Below the pieces are notes generated by a model that saw only the letters and a list, made by a program, of their open reading frames with translations, made no database searches and was not told where the DNA came from. Shown piece after piece: positions 54,623 through 61,462 of a stretch of DNA of 64,000 nt. Origin of the DNA: Rhodocyclaceae bacterium (GTDB lineage: Bacteria; Pseudomonadota; Gammaproteobacteria; Burkholderiales; Rhodocyclaceae); assembly GCA_049295655.1 (NCBI GenBank), contig JBAQRB010000024.1, forward strand, positions 554 to 64,553, given 5' to 3'. The translations under genes and the position numbers were made by a program. Every line of letters starts with the position of its first letter. Within the stretch, counting starts at the first letter, position 1.

Positions 54623-55396
54623 TTACTTTTTCTTTGCGCCAGCCTTCGGCTTGCACATGTTACCCGGCATGACCAGACTCGCCTGATAAGCCGAAATCGA
54701 AACCAGCTGGTTGTTGTCGTATTTCTTGATGATCTTGACCATGTCCGGATTGGCGTTACGACGCTTGCCGTCACGAATTTCGGTCATCTGGCGCAGCAGA
54801 TACTTGTAGTGCTGACCGGCGATCACGGGATAGAACTTTTCCTTGTTACCCTCGCCGTTGACGCCGTGACACTCCTTGCACTCCTTCTCGTACAGCGCCT
54901 TGCCTTCGGCCAGACGCTGAGCGGTATCGGCCGGAGCCTTCCAGTTCTTGTCGGTATTGTCGAGCGGCTTCATGTCGTAATGGCCGTGATCGATCGGGAT
55001 GCACAGACCTTCGATGTAAGCCGAAACGTCAGCCAGTTCCTGCGCATCGGTCAGTGTCGCGGCGAACGGATACATCGTCGGATTGTCGCGCAGTCCGGCG
55101 CGAATATCGGCCATCTGCTTGATCAGCACGGTGGTGTGCTGACCGGCGAGTTGTGGGAAGGTGCCGTCGGTGCGACCGGCGCCGGAAGGCAGGTGGCAGG
55201 CGGCGCAGGTTTCATAACCTTCTTCGCCGCGCTTCTTGTCACCCTTCTTGGTGAGCGCCTCAATCTTCTCGCCCTCCTGGGCATTCCACTTGTAATCCTT
55301 GCCCTCGATACCCTGCTGCTTGGGAGCAGGTGGGGAGGCGTGGACAGCGCCAACGGCGATCATCGCCAGGGAAACCGCCAGAATCAGTTTTTTCAT
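54623..55396 (-). CDS. di-heme c-type cytochrome (nos-associated)
   Basis: Signal peptide and two CXXCH motifs (CAACH, CKECH). Confidence 0.85.
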   Translation of the reverse strand: MKKLILAVSLAMIAVGAVHASPPAPKQQGIEGKDYKWNAQEGEKIEALTKKGDKKRGEEGYETCAACHLPSGAGRTDGTFPQLAGQHTTVLIKQMADIRAGLRDNPTMYPFAATLTDAQELADVSAYIEGLCIPIDHGHYDMKPLDNTDKNWKAPADTAQRLAEGKALYEKECKECHGVNGEGNKEKFYPVIAGQHYKYLLRQMTEIRDGKRRNANPDMVKIIKKYDNNQLVSISAYQASLVMPGNMCKPKAGAKKK

Positions 55397-55461
55397 TGAA
55401 AATCCTTTGCGCGAAGAAAATAAAACACAAAACAGCCTACCTGACAGATGCAGCCGTTGCC

Positions 55462-55475
55462 TTGACGTGCATCAA
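55462..55475 (-). promoter_or_regulatory. FNR/DNR/NNR-type box upstream of the di-heme cytochrome gene
   Basis: TTGACGTGCATCAA. On the transcribed minus strand it reads TTGAT-GCAC-GTCAA. Its centre is ~72 nt upstream of ATG 55396. A TAGGCT -10-like hexamer sits at the spacing expected for a -41.5 site. Confidence 0.5.
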
Positions 55476-55522
55476 GCAGGGCGTCCCACGAAAACAAACC
55501 TGACGCCCCGCCCAGACAGGCA

Positions 55523-55831
55523 TTACTTCATCTGCGAGACGAACTCAGCGAGGTCCTTGATTTCTGCATCGCTGACAATTTCCATCACGCCTTTCATCGC
55601 AGCGCTATTGCCATTGGCACGCGTACCACTCTTGATGTCCTTCATCTGCTTTTCGATGTAGGCCTTGTTCTGGCCGGCAATCTTCGGATAGTCAGGCATC
55701 AGGGTCTTCTTGCCATCCTTGCCGTGACACGCCGTACAGGTCTTTTCGGCGTACAGCTTGGCGCCATCGGCAGCCAGCGCAGCAGTGGAAGCAAAAGCGG
55801 CGAGGGCGATAAAAGCCATTACTTTTTTCAT
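55523..55831 (-). CDS. mono-heme class I c-type cytochrome (nos-associated)
   Basis: Signal peptide, one CTACH motif and a distal Met region (NSAAMKGVM). ATG 55831 is preceded by AGGA at suitable spacing; ATG 55837 is an alternative. Confidence 0.85.
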   Translation of the reverse strand: MKKVMAFIALAAFASTAALAADGAKLYAEKTCTACHGKDGKKTLMPDYPKIAGQNKAYIEKQMKDIKSGTRANGNSAAMKGVMEIVSDAEIKDLAEFVSQMK

Positions 55832-55845
55832 GGTCATCCTTCTTT

Positions 55846-55880
55846 CATAAGAAAACGGGGAGCAGTCTAATCTGCTCCCC
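55846..55880 (-). terminator. intrinsic terminator-like hairpin after nosZ
   Basis: A perfect 9-bp stem GGGGAGCAG / CTGCTCCCC (55857-55880) with a 6-nt loop. On the minus strand it is followed by CGUUUUCUUAUG. Confidence 0.6.
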
Positions 55881-55892
55881 GCCTTAACAACT

Positions 55893-55906
55893 TTGAGTTA
55901 CATCAA
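55893..55906 (-). promoter_or_regulatory. weaker FNR/DNR-like box between nosZ stop and mono-heme cytochrome gene
   Basis: TTGAGTTACATCAA; on the minus strand it reads TTGAT-GTAA-CTCAA. Its centre is ~68 nt upstream of ATG 55831. One half-site is degenerate. Confidence 0.35.
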
Positions 55907-55912
55907 GAGGGC

Positions 55913-58210
55913 TTACTTGACCTTCTTGGCACCATTCTGCTCAAGGAAGGTTTTGGCGCGCAGACCGAGGTCGGCAGTCTTGACCTGGTATTGCCAAATC
56001 TGCTCGGTCCAGAGGGCTGCCTGGTTCCAGTCCTTCTTCGCCGCGGCTTCATCAGCCTTGGCCTTGGCTTCCTTGCCCTTGCTCAGCTGGTCGAATGCAT
56101 CATCAACCATGTTGACCACATCCGGGAAGTCCTTGTAGTTGACGCTGGTAATGTAGGCAACGACGGAATCGATGACTGCCTGCGTATCGGCAACCTTCTT
56201 CACCTGAGCCTTGTAATCCGCTTCGGTGTAGGTGGTACCGGCACTTGCCGTCATCTTGGTCGGCTTCCAGCCCTTTGGCTTGACCAGCAGGTAACCCTGC
56301 ATTTCAAGGTGCAGCGCGGAACAGAATTCCGTGCAGTAGTACGGATACACACCTTCCTTGTCAGCCTTGAACTTGACCTGGACGGTCTTGCCCGGCTCAA
56401 CCGATGCATGCACGTTGTAGGTCGAAACCGTGAAGCCGTGGGTTTCATCCTGAGCGCGCTCGAGGTTGGTCAGGTTGATCGTGATTTCGTCGCCAACTTC
56501 AGCCTCGATGGTTTCCGGGGTGATGTGCGAACGGATCAGCGTACCGAAGACTTCGATCTTGTTGCCCTTCTTGACCGTCTTCTCTTCACCGGCACGAACC
56601 ATACCGGCATGCGGCTTGTCCGTACGGCTGTCGGTGCCCACCTTGTAGCGAACGCCCGGCTTCAGCTTGGTCGCTTCGATGGCAACCGCGTAGTGCGGCT
56701 CACCGAGCGGCAGCGGCATGTCGTACAGCAACTGCATCTTGTCGTTGCTGATGTCGATCAGCTGGTGGTTCTGCGGATGCAGCGGACCAACCGGAACGAA
56801 ACGATCGATTGCCAGCTTGTTCAGCGCGACCAGGAAACGGCCCTTCGGATCCATGGAATCACCTTCCATGGCCATCAGGTGACCGATGTTGTAGTGGACG
56901 GAAAGCTTGTCGAGGACCTTGCCTTCACAGTAGTTCCACTTGGCAACCTGCGAGTCGACGTAGAGCGAGGTGTAGGCAATACACGGCTTCGAGTCGTACT
57001 GGGTGTGTAGCGGGCCGAGTCCGAGCTGAACCTGCTTCTCCAGGGCGTCCTTCATGGCGATCACCGGGATGCCGTAAGGATCCTTCGATTCGAAGTTACC
57101 GGCCTTGATGGCAGCCTGGATCTTGTCGAAGGAGTAAACCGAAACGTGCGTATCGAGCTTGCCGGAAACGACGATGAACTTGCCGTCCGGAGTAACGTCG
57201 GCACCGTGCGGCGACTTGGGTTCCGGCACCAGGAAGAGGATGCCTTCCTTGATTGCCGTTTCCATCATCAGCACGTTGTGGCCGTTGATTTTCTTGGCCT
57301 TGCCGGCAGCGACCAGTTCAGCCGCCTTTTTCCAGTTGATCACGTGCAGATAGTCGGTGTCCTTGGCGGAACAACCGGCTTCATACGGCGGACGACCCTT
57401 TTCAATGCCGCCGACGTAACGCTCGGAACAGAAGGAGTTGGTGAACGACCAGCCGTCGGACGGGCCTTTACCGGCATCCGACAAGTCCTGCGAGTAAGGC
57501 GGCAGCTCGAGCGAGAACGAATCCTTCGGCTGGATGCGGCCTTCCTTGCGGTCGAACTTCCAGTAGGTGATGCCGCCGCGGTATTTCTCGTTGAACTCCT
57601 CGAGCGGGAAGAACTTCTTGTTCTCCAGCGGCGAGGCGTACTGAGCCGCTTCGATGATGTAGTCGGTATTCGGCGTCACGAAGGCGCCGCCGTGCTCGGA
57701 CTTGAAGATCGGGTTGACGACGATCTGCTTGGTTTCGAAGTCGCGCAGGTCGATCACGGCGAGGCGCGGGTTGGCCTTGTCGTTGATGAAAAGGAACTGG
57801 CCGTCGTACTTGCCCTGCGTTTCGGAAATCGCCGGGTGGTGCGTATCACCCCAGGTGATGTCTTTACCGTCGATCTTGCCCTGCGCCAGAACGGCCTTCG
57901 AGCTTTCGTCGAAGCCATAGCCCTGCCAGGGTTCTGGTGTAAACACACCGATGTACTTGAGGATGCGCATGGACGGAATGCCGTACACGATCATCTGCCC
58001 GGACTGACCGCCCGAGCTGAACACGACGAAATCGTCGCGCTTGCCGGTCGGCACGTAGGTTTTGGACGCAGCCAGCAGATCCTGCTGCGACAGATTGCGG
58101 CGCTTCATCACATCTTGCAGCGATTCGGCCGAATACGCAGCGCCAGCTGCAGCGAAGCCGAGACCGGCTGCCAGCAGCATGGATGCGGTTTGCTTCATAC
58201 GGACTTTCAT
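55913..58210 (-). CDS. nosZ: nitrous-oxide reductase NosZ, clade II (Sec-dependent) type
   Basis: CuA motif YCTEFCSALHLEMQG and a His-rich beta-propeller CuZ domain. The N-terminus MKVRMKQTASMLLAAGLGFAAAGAAYSA has no twin-arginine motif. GGGAGA lies 9 nt upstream of ATG 58210. The nosB/G/H and cytochrome context fits clade II. Confidence 0.95.
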   Translation of the reverse strand: MKVRMKQTASMLLAAGLGFAAAGAAYSAESLQDVMKRRNLSQQDLLAASKTYVPTGKRDDFVVFSSGGQSGQMIVYGIPSMRILKYIGVFTPEPWQGYGFDESSKAVLAQGKIDGKDITWGDTHHPAISETQGKYDGQFLFINDKANPRLAVIDLRDFETKQIVVNPIFKSEHGGAFVTPNTDYIIEAAQYASPLENKKFFPLEEFNEKYRGGITYWKFDRKEGRIQPKDSFSLELPPYSQDLSDAGKGPSDGWSFTNSFCSERYVGGIEKGRPPYEAGCSAKDTDYLHVINWKKAAELVAAGKAKKINGHNVLMMETAIKEGILFLVPEPKSPHGADVTPDGKFIVVSGKLDTHVSVYSFDKIQAAIKAGNFESKDPYGIPVIAMKDALEKQVQLGLGPLHTQYDSKPCIAYTSLYVDSQVAKWNYCEGKVLDKLSVHYNIGHLMAMEGDSMDPKGRFLVALNKLAIDRFVPVGPLHPQNHQLIDISNDKMQLLYDMPLPLGEPHYAVAIEATKLKPGVRYKVGTDSRTDKPHAGMVRAGEEKTVKKGNKIEVFGTLIRSHITPETIEAEVGDEITINLTNLERAQDETHGFTVSTYNVHASVEPGKTVQVKFKADKEGVYPYYCTEFCSALHLEMQGYLLVKPKGWKPTKMTASAGTTYTEADYKAQVKKVADTQAVIDSVVAYITSVNYKDFPDVVNMVDDAFDQLSKGKEAKAKADEAAAKKDWNQAALWTEQIWQYQVKTADLGLRAKTFLEQNGAKKVK

Positions 58211-58327
58211 CTCTATGACTCTCCCGTTGAACAATAAAAATTCTTTTTTCCCACCCTCATCACCCTGCGACGAAACGCCACTGCGGCAATATGTCGCACA
58301 TTCTCAGCATAAGGCGCCACCGTTCAT

Positions 58328-58341
58328 TTGACATAGATCAA
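58328..58341 (-). promoter_or_regulatory. FNR/DNR/NNR-type box in the nosZ / Cu-chaperone divergent promoter region
   Basis: TTGACATAGATCAA; on the minus strand it reads TTGAT-CTAT-GTCAA. Its centre is ~124 nt upstream of nosZ ATG 58210 and ~143 nt upstream of the divergent ATG 58478. Confidence 0.6.
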
Positions 58342-58477
58342 GTTTGCCTAATGAACTTCTTCCGACAATGAGCGCCGACCATCGTCCAGGGTTGCAACGA
58401 TGTCCGCAAAGCCAACAATGGCGGAAGGTTTCGGTCGATAATGGACAGCTCGCGCCTTACCTCTACGATATCAAGCC

Positions 58478-58939
58478 ATGACCAAGAAATTGCTGCTCGA
58501 CATCGCCATCCTGCTCGCACTCGCCGTACTGGGTGTCGCCGGCTACAAACTCGCGCCGCTTCTCAACCCGAAAACCGATATCACCCTGCCGCTATCGAGT
58601 TGCAATCTCGCCGTGCAGTCCTGCCTTACCGCACTCCCGGACGGCAGTCAGCTGGAGTTTTCGATTGAACCGCGCCCGATTCCATCACTCAAGCCGCTCA
58701 AGCTGCAGGCCACGCTGAGGGGCGGCGAAGCGCACAAGATCGAGGTCGATTTCGCCGGCACCGACATGAAGATGGGCTACAACCGTCCGTTGCTTGAAAG
58801 CAGCAACGGGCGCTTCAATGGACAGGCTCATCTGCCGGTGTGCGTTACTGGCAAAATGGAGTGGGATAGCACGGTACTCATAGAAACCGGCAAGGCTCGG
58901 ATCGCCATTCCGTTCCGCTTCGAAACATTCGGCGAATGA
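58478..58939 (+). CDS. membrane-anchored hypothetical protein, first gene of SCO/PCuAC operon
   Basis: 153 aa with an N-terminal TM helix (LLLDIAILLALAVLGVAGY), then a beta-rich domain with CNLAVQSC and LPVCVTGKMEW. No family recognised with confidence; it may be FixH/YtkA-like. Confidence 0.6.
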   Translation: MTKKLLLDIAILLALAVLGVAGYKLAPLLNPKTDITLPLSSCNLAVQSCLTALPDGSQLEFSIEPRPIPSLKPLKLQATLRGGEAHKIEVDFAGTDMKMGYNRPLLESSNGRFNGQAHLPVCVTGKMEWDSTVLIETGKARIAIPFRFETFGE

Positions 58940-58949
58940 AGCCGGCGCG

Positions 58950-59582
58950 ATGAAAACGAAGGCACCCCTGATCGCCTTGATCGCCGCCCTGAGTGCGCTC
59001 CTGATCTGGCTCGCCGTATTCTGGGAACCGGTCGCCCCGCGGACGATCACTCACGGTCCGACGGAGAACCGGCCTCTGCTTGCTGAAGCGCCCAAAGGTG
59101 GCGATTTCACGCTGCAGGGAAAAGATGGCTCCGTCGCGCTCAGGGATTACCGTGGCAAGGTCGTCCTGCTTTATTTTGGTTACACCTTCTGCCCGGATGT
59201 CTGCCCGACCTCGCTGTCCCTGATGGCGCAGGCGCTTTCCGCACTCACCCCGGCCGAACGCGAGCGCGTGCAGGGCATCTTCGTTTCGCTCGACCCCGAG
59301 CGCGACACGCTGGAGCGACTGAAGGAATACGCCCCCTTTTTCCACCCGGCAATCGTCGGCATTACCGGCACGCCCGAGCAACTGGCCGCAGTCGCCGGAC
59401 AGTACGGCGCCAGCTACATGAAACAAAAGCCCGACAGCAAAGGTCTGTATGCCGTCGACCACTCGTCGATTACCTACGTAATCGACCCGCAGGGGCAACT
59501 CGCAGCCAGCCTGCCGCACGCTTCGACGCCGCAACAGATCATCGAGGCCGTACGCCCGCTACTGGCCGGCAGCGGCAAATAA
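58950..59582 (+). CDS. SCO1/SenC family copper chaperone / thiol-disulfide oxidoreductase
   Basis: CxxxC motif in FGYTFCPDVCPTSL, the conserved distal His (VDHSS) and an N-terminal membrane anchor. Confidence 0.9.
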   Translation: MKTKAPLIALIAALSALLIWLAVFWEPVAPRTITHGPTENRPLLAEAPKGGDFTLQGKDGSVALRDYRGKVVLLYFGYTFCPDVCPTSLSLMAQALSALTPAERERVQGIFVSLDPERDTLERLKEYAPFFHPAIVGITGTPEQLAAVAGQYGASYMKQKPDSKGLYAVDHSSITYVIDPQGQLAASLPHASTPQQIIEAVRPLLAGSGK

Positions 59583-59623
59583 GCCCCCCGCCTTTCCGAA
59601 CCACTTTCCGAGGACCACCTGCC

Positions 59624-60112
59624 ATGACCATCCGACTTCGCCGCCTTGTCCTGCTGCTGACGGCAGCGGCCACATCAACGCTCTTGCAAGCAGCCGAGGC
59701 CGACATTTCGGTAAGCGATGCCTACGTCCGCATGGCGCCGCCAGGAACGCCGACCACCGGTGCGTTCATGACCATCAAGAACAGTGGCAGCGCCGATCGC
59801 AAGCTGCTCAGGGTCGATAGCCCGATTGCCAAGACCGTCGAACTGCACAACCACATCAACGACAACGGCGTGATGAAAATGCGCCCGGTCAAGGAAATCG
59901 ACGTCAAATCCAACGGGCAAGCCGAACTCAAGCCGGGCAGCTACCACGTGATGCTGATCGACCTGAAGCAGGCGCTGCAGGAGGGCGAGAAAGTGCCGAT
60001 GACGCTCTCGTTCGATGACGGCAGCACGAAAAACATCGACGCACCGGTGAAGAAGCCGCAGGCGATGCTGAAGATGACCGACGATCACAACCACGGCAAG
60101 ATGAAGCATTGA
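59624..60112 (+). CDS. PCu(A)C copper chaperone (DUF461)
   Basis: Signal peptide. H(M)x10Mx21HxM-type pattern (ELHNHINDNGVMKMRPV ... GSYHVMLI). His/Met-rich C-terminal tail (MLKMTDDHNHGKMKH). Confidence 0.9.
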   Translation: MTIRLRRLVLLLTAAATSTLLQAAEADISVSDAYVRMAPPGTPTTGAFMTIKNSGSADRKLLRVDSPIAKTVELHNHINDNGVMKMRPVKEIDVKSNGQAELKPGSYHVMLIDLKQALQEGEKVPMTLSFDDGSTKNIDAPVKKPQAMLKMTDDHNHGKMKH

Positions 60113-60230
60113 TTCAGCGTTCCATCAACAGAACCGAAGCCAGAAGAGAAAAAGCGCTCCCGCCTTTTTCAGGCGAGCAGTCCAAATGGCGGGGAACATC
60201 AAAAAACCAGCCTTCGCAGCAAAAAAAGCG

Positions 60231-61436
60231 TCAATGCAGCGGAAAGACGCGCATCCCTTCGTTTGCCGTGTGCCAGAAGGCGTACAGACGTTCACCACGC
60301 CACAACGCGCGCGGCTGGTCGGAAGGCCCCGCAGAAACGGCAAGATCGAGCGAGCGGAAGGTCTTCCCGCCATCCTCGGACAGTTCGGCCTGAAGTTTTG
60401 CCTGCGCACCGTCGAACGCTTTCCAGACCACCGCCACGCGCTTACCGGCAACCGCCAGATCGGCATGCTCGGCACGCGCATCACCCACGGTGCGCTGCCC
60501 ATCGACAGCCCCTGCCGCGGCATCGGCGCTCAAGCGGCCATAAAAGACACGACCTTCGCCATCCTTCTGGTTGAACCACACCGCATGGCGAACCCCATCG
60601 CGATCGACGGCCAGCGATGGGCCGTGGTGCGGACAGCCGTCGATTTTCCAACGGTCGAAGGTGGCGCGCTGCAACATTTCCGGCGAGCCATCCGCCTTGA
60701 CGCGAACGATGGCGTGATCACGCTCGTTCGGCGCGAAAACATGCCGCCACATGAAAAGCGGCGTGCCATCGGCATCGCTCGCCGAAGTCAGCCGGCAGCA
60801 TTCGCAGGAATGATCGGCCAGTTTCCTTTCCGGCAGGAAGCTGCGCCCGCCATCGCTCGAAACGGCGGCGTAGATTGCCGCGCCGCGATACGCCTCCTTG
60901 CCGGCCTTGGCTTTCTCCAGATCGCGCTTGTCGATCCAGGCCAGCAGCACCCGACCATCCCCCGTCACCAGCATCGATTCGAAACGATGCGTGATTTCGG
61001 CACGGTCCTGATGCACGGTGATCGGTGCGGAAAAATGTTCGCCATCCGCCGCGCGTGCCAAGCGTATTTCGCCGGTATTGGGCTTGCTCAACGGCTTGGT
61101 CCATGAGACAAGCAGCGCCCCCTCACGCGTAAAAGCGAGTTTCGGACGATTCTCGCCATCGGCGGAGATCGCCTCGGGCTGCGCGTTGACCACCACCGGC
61201 GCCATCCAGCTGGCCCCTTCGTCAGGGCTGCGATAAAGCAGCAAATGCTCGCCCTGCCTGGCAACCGCATAGAGCTGGCCATCCGGGGCGAACGCGGCAG
61301 AAGCGCCGAGCTCGACTCTCGCTTTTTTTGCCTTCGCCAGCATGGCGGGCGTATCGGCGGACAGAGCCGGCCCCGAAAAAACGAGCAGCACGGTCGCTGC
61401 ACACAACAAACGACGGGCAATGGAAGAGATGATCAT
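60231..61436 (-). CDS. periplasmic BNR/sialidase-like beta-propeller protein
   Basis: ATG 61436 gives a signal peptide (MIISSIARRLLCAATVLLVFSGPALSA). BNR SxDxGxxW/F motifs are present (SPDEGASW, SSDGGRSF, SEDGGKTF), plus a Cys/His cluster (HSCECC, DGCPHHG). The ORF-track extension to 61568 is rejected. Confidence 0.75.
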   Translation of the reverse strand: MIISSIARRLLCAATVLLVFSGPALSADTPAMLAKAKKARVELGASAAFAPDGQLYAVARQGEHLLLYRSPDEGASWMAPVVVNAQPEAISADGENRPKLAFTREGALLVSWTKPLSKPNTGEIRLARAADGEHFSAPITVHQDRAEITHRFESMLVTGDGRVLLAWIDKRDLEKAKAGKEAYRGAAIYAAVSSDGGRSFLPERKLADHSCECCRLTSASDADGTPLFMWRHVFAPNERDHAIVRVKADGSPEMLQRATFDRWKIDGCPHHGPSLAVDRDGVRHAVWFNQKDGEGRVFYGRLSADAAAGAVDGQRTVGDARAEHADLAVAGKRVAVVWKAFDGAQAKLQAELSEDGGKTFRSLDLAVSAGPSDQPRALWRGERLYAFWHTANEGMRVFPLH

Positions 61437-61462
61437 CGGGCTTCCCGGGCGCAATGCGCGTG

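Noticed and set aside
55913-58210. I looked for a Tat (twin-arginine) signal on NosZ, which would indicate a typical clade I enzyme.
   Set aside because: No RRxF/L motif exists in any candidate N-terminus, and the leader looks Sec-type. Together with nosB/G/H and the cytochromes, and the absence of nosR/nosX, this supports clade II.
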